Positions 10,423 to 18,646 of a stretch of DNA of 64,000 nt are shown here, one piece after another. Under the pieces are notes generated by a model. That model was not told the DNA's origin, made no database searches, and saw only the letters and a program-made list of their open reading frames with translations. Position 1 is the stretch's first letter; every line of letters starts with the position of its first letter. The translations under genes were made by a program, and so were the position numbers. This stretch comes from Calditrichales bacterium. GTDB taxonomy: Bacteria > Calditrichota > Calditrichia > Calditrichales > J004. The stretch covers positions 1,504,001-1,568,000 of the forward strand of contig OZ254086.1 of assembly GCA_965267575.1 (NCBI GenBank). The letters run 5' to 3'.

Positions 10423-11327
10423 TTGTCTTCCTCACCCTTTCTAACCGGCAGCGGCGTGGCCGAGCGCAGATGCAGATCGCGCTGCGGGAAGGGGATTTCC
10501 ACGCCCATTTCGCGGAATTTGCGGACAATCTTCTGGTTGATCTCACTGCGGATAAAATGGTGGTTATGGGGTTTGTCTATCCAGCAGCGCAGCACCATGT
10601 TCCAGGAAGAATCGCCAAAACCTTTCAGCAAAACATCCGCTTTAGGATGGTTTAAAACTTCCGGATGTTCGCCGGCCACTTCGTGCAGCGCCTTTAATAC
10701 TGTGTCCAGGTCAGAGCTGTAGGAAACGCCAACCTCCAGATCCAGTCGGATGCGCGGATCGCCGTGCGACCAGTTGATCACGCGGCTGGAGACAAACTCG
10801 GAGTTGGGAACGATGATCGAAATGTTATTAAGCGATCGTATCATCGTGCTGCGGATATTTATGGCCTGTACGTCGCCCTCTGTGTCACCCACCGTAACGC
10901 GGTCGCCGATTTTAATGGGACGCTCGAACAATAGAATCAAACCCGCAATAAAATTGGCGGTAACATTCTGCAGGCCAAAACCGATACCCACGGACAGGAG
11001 CCCGAAGATTACTGCCAGCCCGCTAAGATCGACGCCGATAAACTGGAAGGAAACGATCGCGCCGATGATCATGACGATATAATGGGTGGTGCGCTTAAGT
11101 GTAAAACGCACGCCCGGATCAATGGCCATTTTGTCCAGCACGGTATCCAGCACCAGCCGCTTAAACAGGCGTGACGAGGCATAGAAGGCTGCCAGCACCA
11201 GCAGAAACATGAAAATGGAGGAAAATGTAATCGGCGTTTGATTGATTTTAAACAGCGTGTATTCAAACGCCTGCGACAGGAAGTCCATCGCCTCCTGCAG
11301 GGTTATCTCCGGAACATCCATCGGCAC
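10413..11327 (-). CDS. Small-conductance mechanosensitive channel, MscS family
   Basis: GIGFGLQNVTANFIAGLILLFERPIKIGD; IPFPQRDLH. Confidence 0.9.
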   Translation of the reverse strand: MPMDVPEITLQEAMDFLSQAFEYTLFKINQTPITFSSIFMFLLVLAAFYASSRLFKRLVLDTVLDKMAIDPGVRFTLKRTTHYIVMIIGAIVSFQFIGVDLSGLAVIFGLLSVGIGFGLQNVTANFIAGLILLFERPIKIGDRVTVGDTEGDVQAINIRSTMIRSLNNISIIVPNSEFVSSRVINWSHGDPRIRLDLEVGVSYSSDLDTVLKALHEVAGEHPEVLNHPKADVLLKGFGDSSWNMVLRCWIDKPHNHHFIRSEINQKIVRKFREMGVEIPFPQRDLHLRSATPLPVRKGEEDKGS

Positions 11328-11333
11328 CTCGGG

Positions 11334-13175
11334 TCAGGGCTTTTTGATCAGGTCTTTCAGCTTGTCCTTGGCCTGATCGGCAATTTTGTTTTTCTGGTCT
11401 TCCAGCTTTTTCTTCTCGGCTTCCAGACGCTCATATTGCTCTTTCAGCATGGCGTCATATTCAGCCACTTTCTGGTCAATTTGTTGTTTGTACTGATCGT
11501 ATTTTTGGCGAAGCTCGGCCCGCTGCTTGTCCACTTCATCCCTGATGCGCTTTTCGATTTTTTCACGGGCGGCCTGAACTTCAGCGGAGGCGCTTTGCTT
11601 AAAGGCGTCGGCCAGGCGTTTGTCCAGGTTGGAGCGCATGGCGATATCGAGATCGCCCGCCTTACCCGTTATCCGCGTCGAAAAGATCAGATCGCCAAGC
11701 TGTTTAAAGGAGTTCTGTACGATCTGCGCAATTTTGTCATCGGCCTGTTTTCCAAAAGCGAATGTCGCCTTGGCCGCGGTAAATTTGATCTCTGCGTTTA
11801 CCTGATCATCCCGGATTTGCAGCTCCGTACTAAGGTAGCCGGTACCGCCATCGATGGCCGACGGCAGGTAGGGTGAATTGCCGCCCAGTTTGTAGTTATC
11901 CACGGCGAAACCAAAATAGCTCATTTCAAATGTTTCGACCGGTGCTTCTCCCAGATAGTCCAGCGTTCCGGCCAGGCGCAGCGTTTTGTTGTTTTTGTTG
12001 GCCGCGTCAATGTTGATGATTACGGGCTGGCCTACCAACGGCGGATTGCTGGTCAGGTCGGTCATCGTGCCGCTCAGGTTCATATCTTCGCCGAGCATGC
12101 CGGAGATGCTCATTTTCTTCAGCCAGAAATCGGGCAGGGTGGCGCCGCCAAAATAGATGTCCTGACCTTCGAGACGCGGCGGGCTGGGTTCCTTCTGGTT
12201 GCCGGATTTCAGCGTTTGCACGGCTTTGCGCGCGTAGCCGACATAACCGAGATACTGGCCGAACTGGCCGTAAACCGATTCGCCAAACAGGATGCGCGCC
12301 AGGTCTTTAAAGGTGAAGTCCGGCAGTTTGGCCATCTTCAGGGCGTTGCGGTAATCGTCCTGCACCCAGTTGTCCACCTGCTGAAAAGCGGAACGCCAGT
12401 CGTCGTATTCGCTGGAGAAGTTTTTGTAATAATCGCGGATTTCCGTGCGCTGCTCTTTGATGGTTTCGTTGATGTTGTCCACGGTTTTCAGCGCGTTGGC
12501 GATCTCTTCAGGCTTTTTCAGCTTGTCGGGATCAAGCTTGTCAATCTGCCCTTTGAGTTGCTGCAGGTCTTTCTCAAAATCCAGTCCCTGCAGGCGATCA
12601 TTCCAGCTGCTGTAGCTGTTTTGCAGCGCGTCGTTCAGCGAATCGATTTTGCCCGGTGTTTTCAGGTTCAGCACGCTGATGATGCTGTCCACGTTCACAT
12701 CTTTGACCGCTGCCGCGAGACGCATTTGCGGTGTTTGCTGCACTTCTTTTTCCAGGCGCTGCCGCGTCTGTGCAATGGCGCTGCTTTCGCCGGTCTCTTC
12801 TTCCCGTTCGGCTTTGCGCGGCAGGGCGCCGTCCGTTTCGCGCTGGGTGCCGCTGCGCAGCTCGCTCAGCTCAAAATTTTCAATGATCGTTTTTCCGCGC
12901 AGCAGCGGCCAGAACTCCATGCGGAATTCACAGAAGCCGGTTTCGATCATATTGCTCATGGTGTTGCGCGGGTTGGTCACCTGCAGCCGTTCCCAGCTGA
13001 GGCGCGGCCCGATGAAGGAGAAATCGAGATTGTCTATTTCCACCTTTGCGCCAACGGCCTGGCTGGCCTGGTTTTCCAAAATGTTTTCCAGCCACAGATC
13101 GGTGAGCAGGATGGAGAGTACAAAGAAGACGGCAAAAATCGCCAGCAGAAATCCGAGTCCTTTTTTGCGTATCAT
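11334..13175 (-). CDS. TIGR03545-family protein (AsmA-like N-terminus, coiled coils)
   Basis: N-terminal TM, GAKVEID, PPRLEGQDIYF/LPDFWLKK; paired with a TIGR03546-like gene; start at ATG 13175 after GGAGGGG. Confidence 0.75.
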   Translation of the reverse strand: MIRKKGLGFLLAIFAVFFVLSILLTDLWLENILENQASQAVGAKVEIDNLDFSFIGPRLSWERLQVTNPRNTMSNMIETGFCEFRMEFWPLLRGKTIIENFELSELRSGTQRETDGALPRKAEREEETGESSAIAQTRQRLEKEVQQTPQMRLAAAVKDVNVDSIISVLNLKTPGKIDSLNDALQNSYSSWNDRLQGLDFEKDLQQLKGQIDKLDPDKLKKPEEIANALKTVDNINETIKEQRTEIRDYYKNFSSEYDDWRSAFQQVDNWVQDDYRNALKMAKLPDFTFKDLARILFGESVYGQFGQYLGYVGYARKAVQTLKSGNQKEPSPPRLEGQDIYFGGATLPDFWLKKMSISGMLGEDMNLSGTMTDLTSNPPLVGQPVIINIDAANKNNKTLRLAGTLDYLGEAPVETFEMSYFGFAVDNYKLGGNSPYLPSAIDGGTGYLSTELQIRDDQVNAEIKFTAAKATFAFGKQADDKIAQIVQNSFKQLGDLIFSTRITGKAGDLDIAMRSNLDKRLADAFKQSASAEVQAAREKIEKRIRDEVDKQRAELRQKYDQYKQQIDQKVAEYDAMLKEQYERLEAEKKKLEDQKNKIADQAKDKLKDLIKKP

Positions 13176-13177
13176 GA

Positions 13178-13702
13178 TCAACCCCTCCACTGCGACAGTT
13201 TTTCGTACCAGCCGTAGAGCCGCGAGCCTTTGAGCACCTGTACTATTTTCATCTTTTGCACACGCGCCTCAATCCGCTCGCGGTAGGCGATAACGCCCTT
13301 TTTAACGGCAATATGCATCGGCGCGATCAGTATCAGGCTGCTGACCAGGCTGCCCATCACCACCGTATTATTAAAATTGCTGAGGGCTACAATCGGAATG
13401 GAATAAAGCGAGCGGTACATACCCCGCAGCGACTCCAGGTCCACCAGCAGGAAATAGCCGAAGTCATGAAACAGCGGGTCCAGGATGTAGGCGAATCCAC
13501 TGAACAGGGCAAAGCTGAAAATGGCCATGGAAATGTTGACGTTGAGAATAATAATGATCAAAACAACCAGCAGGTTGTGCAGACTCCACAAAGGTGTCAG
13601 CCCGATGATCATGCCCAGCACAAAGCCGCCGGCAATTTCCCCCGGCTCTGCCGCCGAGCGTAAAATTTTTACGAGTTTTGCAAAAAACTGCAGGATAAAC
13701 AT
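13178..13702 (-). CDS. TIGR03546-family membrane protein
   Basis: PGEIAGGFVLGMIIGLTP, LDPLFHDFG, FNNTVVMGSL. Confidence 0.8.
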   Translation of the reverse strand: MFILQFFAKLVKILRSAAEPGEIAGGFVLGMIIGLTPLWSLHNLLVVLIIIILNVNISMAIFSFALFSGFAYILDPLFHDFGYFLLVDLESLRGMYRSLYSIPIVALSNFNNTVVMGSLVSSLILIAPMHIAVKKGVIAYRERIEARVQKMKIVQVLKGSRLYGWYEKLSQWRG

Positions 13703-13802
13703 GGTTGTATCATCCCCGTATGTTGTGAGCGATAGTTATCAAGAGCACCGTAAAAATAGTGAATAACGGAGATTAATAAAAGGGGGATTGTTTGCTGTGT
13801 CT

Positions 13803-13867
13803 GTCATCCCGGCCTGTCCCGATGATTTTTATCGGGGTTTGGCGGGTGAGCCAACAGCGGGATCTCC
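13803..13867 (+). repeat. GTCATCCCG...CGGGATCTCC REP-like element with a nested small hairpin
   Basis: Same ends as 10266-10302, with an extra CCCGAT-GATTTTT-ATCGGG hairpin inside. Confidence 0.65.
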
Positions 13868-13893
13868 GTGGCAAGCAGAAACAACTTCTAAGC

Positions 13894-13997
13894 GTCATTC
13901 CCGCGCAGGCGGGAATCCACAAGGAACGCGCGTTGACCAAGTAATGCCCCCAAAGCCAGAGACCGGTCATATTGATTCCCTTTTTCACGGGAATAAC
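13894..13997. repeat. Inverted pair of 26-bp palindromic units (REPIN-like doublet)
   Basis: GTCATTCCCGCGCAGGCGGGAATCCA (13894-13919), 52-bp spacer, TTGATTCCCTTTTTCACGGGAATAAC (13972-13997). Confidence 0.8.
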
Positions 13998-14056
13998 AGT
14001 TTTGTGGCTTGTGATCCAGTCAAAGGGAAATTTTAGATCTTTTGTTTTGTATTGCT

Positions 14057-14070
14057 AAAGTATGTACTTT
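14057..14070. promoter_or_regulatory. Candidate autoregulatory operator of the TA operon
   Basis: Palindrome AAAGTA-TG-TACTTT ending 5 bp before the toxin ATG. Confidence 0.45.
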
Positions 14071-14075
14071 TCGAC

Positions 14076-14366
14076 ATGAACGGTATTAAGTTCGAGTGGG
14101 ACGAAAACAAAAACTCCCGCAATCAAAAAAAGCACAACGTCTCATTTGAAGAAGCGCGATCTGTTTTCAATGATGAAAATGCCAGGTTAATTGCGGACCC
14201 GGATCACTCTCAGGAAGAAGATAGATTCGTTTTGCTTGGCTTGAGCAGATCGTTAAGGATGCTTGTCGTCGTCCATGCGTACCGAAAAAGTGATGAAATC
14301 ATTCGAATAATATCGGCACGCAAGGCAACAAAATCTGAAAGTAAAATTTATAACCAGGGTGTTTAA
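14076..14366 (+). CDS. brnT: BrnT-family toxin (type II TA)
   Basis: FEWDENKN..NQKKHNVSFEEA, EEDRFVLLG, IRIISARKAT. Confidence 0.92.
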   Translation: MNGIKFEWDENKNSRNQKKHNVSFEEARSVFNDENARLIADPDHSQEEDRFVLLGLSRSLRMLVVVHAYRKSDEIIRIISARKATKSESKIYNQGV

Positions 14367-14367
14367 C

Positions 14368-14583
14368 ATGAGAAAAGAATATGATTTTTCTAAATCTGCA
14401 AAAAATCCCTATGCAAGAAAACTAAAAAAGCCGGTCACAATCAGGCTGGAAAATGATGTTATCGAGTATTTTAAAAATCTCGCCAGGGAAACGGATATAC
14501 CGTATCAGAAATTGATTAATCTGTATTTGAAAGAGTGTGCGGATAAAAATAAGAAGCCTTCCATAAGTTGGAACGCAAAATAG
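14368..14583 (+). CDS. brnA: BrnA-family antitoxin
   Basis: MRKEYDFS..KNPY, VTIRL, YFK, IPYQKLINLYL; immediately follows the toxin. Confidence 0.88.
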   Translation: MRKEYDFSKSAKNPYARKLKKPVTIRLENDVIEYFKNLARETDIPYQKLINLYLKECADKNKKPSISWNAK

Positions 14584-14648
14584 TAAAACGATGGTGGCAT
14601 TTATTTTTATATCTGCTTTCTAGGCGCTGAGATGGGTTAACCATGATA

Positions 14649-15443
14649 TTAAAATTGCCAGTTAATGATAGGTAAAGACCTCTTACCATTTGTATTCCAT
14701 AAACCTATTTGAATACCCTCCAATTCAGTACATTTGTTGAAAATCGCAATCTGTAAACCTGTGAATCTTTCACTTTCATTTATTATCCCAGAAATCGAAA
14801 TCCACCTGCCTCTTTCACTATAATTTACAATGCCAGAAAAAGACAGCCCGTCCATACTTTTAAAACTATTATAAAACCCAGAAACAGATAAGCCTTTCAT
14901 GTTTTCATAAATACCAATAAGTCCAGTTATTGATAACCCATAACCGTTTTTTGCAGGCCCCAAAAGATTAATTCTCACCCCATTATAATTATATGGAGCT
15001 ATTGCTATGCCCGAAATTGCGAGCCCATTTATATATACATCTGAGGTTATTGGCGGCTGGTTCCGGTTTCTTGTGCTGTCAGTTGGTATTGTCTTACTTG
15101 AGTCATCAGAATAGAATAAATACCTAAACGGTGCAGTGATCAACCCGGCTCCTAACATAGAAGCTCCCATTCCCACTCCCATGACACCTAAAAAATTAGA
15201 AAAAGGATTGATGTCTAAATAGGCACCACTAATTATTAATTTATCACAAGGATTATCAGAGACATTCCAATATCTTATTCCCACTCCATAGACAGCTAAG
15301 GTATCTGCTGAAAACATTTTTAAGTAGTATCCTCGCCCTGAGCAATTTAAACTATCTACTTTATTGGAGTCTGGGTTAGTAGACAATGAATGTCCAATGT
15401 TAATAAGTATTAATACTAATAATAATGATTTATTTTTATTCAT
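14649..15443 (-). CDS. AT-rich exported/outer-membrane protein with short glycine-rich repeats (LA_2272-like)
   Basis: Signal-like N-terminus; repeated GLSxSGxxN / GxQIGxxN units; C-terminal aromatic residue (IINWQF); much more AT-rich than neighbours. Confidence 0.65.
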   Translation of the reverse strand: MNKNKSLLLVLILINIGHSLSTNPDSNKVDSLNCSGRGYYLKMFSADTLAVYGVGIRYWNVSDNPCDKLIISGAYLDINPFSNFLGVMGVGMGASMLGAGLITAPFRYLFYSDDSSKTIPTDSTRNRNQPPITSDVYINGLAISGIAIAPYNYNGVRINLLGPAKNGYGLSITGLIGIYENMKGLSVSGFYNSFKSMDGLSFSGIVNYSERGRWISISGIINESERFTGLQIAIFNKCTELEGIQIGLWNTNGKRSLPIINWQF

Positions 15444-15501
15444 GTTGTTTAAATGGTTAAAAAGTATTTAGAATACTAAAATCCATTGTTATAATTAATT
15501 T

Positions 15502-15533
15502 AAAAAAATGCCCCGCCGGCTCGTGGGGGGCAT
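15502..15533 (-). terminator. Intrinsic terminator after the oxidoreductase genes
   Basis: ATGCCCC...GGGGCAT hairpin followed by a T run on minus. Confidence 0.65.
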
Positions 15534-15540
15534 CGATGAA

Positions 15541-16974
15541 TTAAGCGATTTCTTCGCTTTTCACGGCGTCCATGCCTTTTTGAAATGCCTCTTCGTTCAG
15601 CGGCAGCATGTCTTTTTTGTCCTTCAGCGCCAGGTGAATGGCGGTTAAAAAGCTCTTTTGCGGCATGATGTTGCTGGCCGCGCACAGGGCACCCAGGGCC
15701 ACAATATTCTTCACCATCAGCTTGCCGATCTCCAGGGCGATGCCGGAGAAAGGCACACCCACCACGCGCAGCGACGGATCAAGACCTTGCGGCTCTTCGG
15801 AGATCACCGAGCTGTCGTACACAATCAGCCCGTTTTTCTTCACCGCCGGACCAAACTTGGCCAGGCTGGGCGCGTTAAAGGCCACCAAAATATGCGGCTC
15901 CGGTGATGCCGGTGAAAGTACCTCGCTTTTGGCGATATGCACATCGGCGTAAGAGGTGCCGCCGCGCGACTCCGGTCCGTAGCTGGGGATGTGTGTGGCG
16001 TCAAAGCCTTCGTTGATGGCACTGCGGGTCAGCAACATGGCCGCGGTTTGGGCTCCGTCGCCACCGGCACCGGCCATTTTTATGGCGATGTCTTCCGCGT
16101 CGATGTGCGCAGGAAAATCCTTCATAAAGCGTTTGGGCTGCTCGCTTTCCGCGGAAATGGTATCCAGGAAAAGCTGTGCGTCAAATGAGGGCTCGGTCTT
16201 TTCAAACCACGGCTCGGGATCTTCATCTTTCAGCACGCCCAGCGGAAATACCGGCTCCATATTTTCCTTCACCCATGTCTCCGCTTCTTCCGGCCGTATC
16301 TTCAGGTGCGTCGGGCATTCGGAGAGGATTTCCACAAAAGAAAAGCCCTTATTTTCCTTTTGCAAACGCAACGCCTTGTTGATTGCCTTCTGGGTGCGTG
16401 TGCGTTGTTTGTTGTCGTATAAAGCGCAGCGTTGCACGAAAATCGGCCCGTCCATCTGGGCGATGATCTCGGCCATTTTCAGCGGTGTGCCCATCATACG
16501 TTCGCGGCCGAACGGCGTCGTGGCCGTTTTTGTGCCCATCAGCGTGGTCGGCGCCATTTGCCCGCCGGTCATGCCGTAAATGGCGTTGTTGACGAAAATA
16601 ACGCTCAGCGGGATACCCATTTGCGCCGCCTGCATAATTTCCGCCAGACCGATGGATGCCAGGTCACCATCGCCCTGGTAGCTGATCACGATCGATTCCG
16701 GGTTGGCCATTTTGTGTCCCAGTGCCACCGCCGGTGCTCGTCCATGGGCAGCCTGGCTGTTGCCTACATCGAGGTAATAATAGAGGAACACCGCGCAGCC
16801 CACCGGGGAAATGGCGATCGTCCTGTCCTGGATATCCAGCGCTTCAATCGCTTCGGCGATGTATTTGTGGACCAGGCCGTGTCCGCAGCCGGCACAGTAA
16901 TGTGTCGAGTGCCCCTTCAGGCCCTCACCATGGGCGTGGCGTTCAAATTTGTTATAGAATACGTTGCTACTCAT
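15541..16974 (-). CDS. 2-oxoacid:ferredoxin oxidoreductase, fused beta (TPP-binding) and gamma subunits, VorA-like
   Basis: YCAGCGH, PVGC, HGRA, YQGDGD...NNAIYGMTGGQ; gamma part AGAGGDG, PSYGPESRGG. Confidence 0.88.
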   Translation of the reverse strand: MSSNVFYNKFERHAHGEGLKGHSTHYCAGCGHGLVHKYIAEAIEALDIQDRTIAISPVGCAVFLYYYLDVGNSQAAHGRAPAVALGHKMANPESIVISYQGDGDLASIGLAEIMQAAQMGIPLSVIFVNNAIYGMTGGQMAPTTLMGTKTATTPFGRERMMGTPLKMAEIIAQMDGPIFVQRCALYDNKQRTRTQKAINKALRLQKENKGFSFVEILSECPTHLKIRPEEAETWVKENMEPVFPLGVLKDEDPEPWFEKTEPSFDAQLFLDTISAESEQPKRFMKDFPAHIDAEDIAIKMAGAGGDGAQTAAMLLTRSAINEGFDATHIPSYGPESRGGTSYADVHIAKSEVLSPASPEPHILVAFNAPSLAKFGPAVKKNGLIVYDSSVISEEPQGLDPSLRVVGVPFSGIALEIGKLMVKNIVALGALCAASNIMPQKSFLTAIHLALKDKKDMLPLNEEAFQKGMDAVKSEEIA

Positions 16975-18374
16975 TGCAGCACCTCCTCTTGCTCCAGTAC
17001 CGCGGCGACAATTTCATCCACCTGCGGCAGTACGCCTCCGTAACGCTGCACGGAACGAATCTCCGGCAGCGTGCTGATGCCTTTGCGGCTCAACGCGAGA
17101 CGCATTTCATCTTCCAGCTGACCGGCGCTGGCTTCCACCATTACCAGTTTTTCGGCCCTTTCTACAACCGGCACAAAATCATCAATCGGGAACGGCCACA
17201 GCGTCACCGGACGGAACAGTCCGACCTTGAGGCCTTTTTCACGCAGCATCTGCACGGCGCCTTTAGCCATGCGCGCCGGGGTGTTGGCCGCCACGATCAC
17301 GATATCGGCATCATCGCAGAAAAAGGAGGACGAGCGCTGCTCATTCTGTTTCATGTTAAAGAATTTTTTTTTGAGATAGATGTTGTGCTTTTCCAGGTCG
17401 GGTTCGGAAAGCCGGATGGAGTTGATCAGGTTGGCGCGGTGCGATTCGTCACCATAAACGGCCCACTCCGGTATCCCCGGTTTGATCATATATTCCGGCA
17501 GGTCCACCTTGCCGGTCATCTGGCCCAGGTAGCCGTCACCCAGAATTACAACCGGGTTGCGGTATTTGAAACTCAGCTCAAAAGCCAGCATGGTCAGGTC
17601 CAGCATTTCCTGCGGCGTGGATGGCGCCAGCACGATGGCGTGCGTGTTGCCGTGACCCAATCCGCGGCAGGCCAGCTTTATGTCTGCCTGCTCCGGCCCG
17701 ATGTTGCCCAGGCCCGGCCCGCCGCGCATAATGTTTACAAAAACACCCGGCACCTCCGCGCCAATCATGTAAGAAACGCCTTCCAGCATCAGGCTGAATC
17801 CGGGTGAGCTGGTAAAGGTCATATTGCGCATACCGGCACCACCGCAGCCGTACATCATATTCACGGTAGCCACTTCGCTGACCGCCTGAACAAAAACGCC
17901 ATCCAGCTGTGGCAATATTTTGGCCATCAGTTCGGCGCCTTCCGTGGACGGTGTAATCGGGTAGCCGAAGAAATGGCGGCAGCCGGCCAGCATGGCGCCA
18001 ATGGCCGAAGCGTAGGTGCCCTTCACTACCAGCGGTTCCACCCGGGGCATTTTTACTGTTGTGTCGGGGATGGTTTCAGCCACGGGGGCATCGCTTACTT
18101 TGGGGCCGAATATCGTTTCCGGGTCTACCAGTTCATCATCAACCGGTCCGGCTTGCAGGCCATAAGGCTCGGGGCAGGCAGAAATACACAGACCACAGCC
18201 GTTGCAGATTTCAAGGTCCAATTCCACGGGGATAACGCCGGTTTCGGGATTAATAGCGTCGGCGAAGTGGATACAATCTTGGGGACAGGATACAATACAG
18301 CGTCCGCAACCTTTGCAGAATTGGGGCAGGAGAAACGGCTTTGGCCTTTCCTTTTTTTTCTTCATAACAGGCAT
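16971..18374 (-). CDS. 2-oxoacid:ferredoxin oxidoreductase, fused delta (2x[4Fe-4S]) and alpha subunits, VorC/VorB-like
   Basis: CKGCGRCIVSCP and CNGCGLCISACP; GYPITPSTE, TSSPGFSLM, RGGPGLG; start at ATG 18374 after AAGGAG. Confidence 0.88.
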   Translation of the reverse strand: MPVMKKKKERPKPFLLPQFCKGCGRCIVSCPQDCIHFADAINPETGVIPVELDLEICNGCGLCISACPEPYGLQAGPVDDELVDPETIFGPKVSDAPVAETIPDTTVKMPRVEPLVVKGTYASAIGAMLAGCRHFFGYPITPSTEGAELMAKILPQLDGVFVQAVSEVATVNMMYGCGGAGMRNMTFTSSPGFSLMLEGVSYMIGAEVPGVFVNIMRGGPGLGNIGPEQADIKLACRGLGHGNTHAIVLAPSTPQEMLDLTMLAFELSFKYRNPVVILGDGYLGQMTGKVDLPEYMIKPGIPEWAVYGDESHRANLINSIRLSEPDLEKHNIYLKKKFFNMKQNEQRSSSFFCDDADIVIVAANTPARMAKGAVQMLREKGLKVGLFRPVTLWPFPIDDFVPVVERAEKLVMVEASAGQLEDEMRLALSRKGISTLPEIRSVQRYGGVLPQVDEIVAAVLEQEEVLQ

Positions 18375-18558
18375 GTTCGCTCCTTTCACGTGCATGTGCG
18401 AGCGCTGAGATATATTTCACAAGCGATCGCGGGATTTTCACTAAATATAACAATAACCACGTCCGAAAGAAACCGGATTATTGCTTGCTTAACCTCGCCC
18501 TTGTGACGGAGTTAAGCGCCACAGTCTCTGCCGCGTTTTGTGTTGACAAACAAACGAA

Positions 18559-18646
18559 TTCCCCCTTAAGAAAGGGGGCAAGGGGGTTTTCCTTAATTTT
18601 TCAAGATTACTGATCACAACCCCTTAATCCCCTTTTTTAAGGGGAG
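18559..18646. repeat. Inverted pair of CCCCTT-AAGGGG palindromic units
   Basis: TTCCCCCTTAAGAAAGGGGGCAAGGGGGTT (18559-18588) and its imperfect inverse AACCCCTTAATCCCCTTTTTTAAGGGGAG (18618-18646). Confidence 0.75.

Noticed and set aside
13773-14036. Short ORFs on both strands over the palindrome cluster
   Set aside because: The peptides (WIPACAGMT, VIPAC) are readings of the REP-like units, with no coding support. The same applies to 56656-56931.
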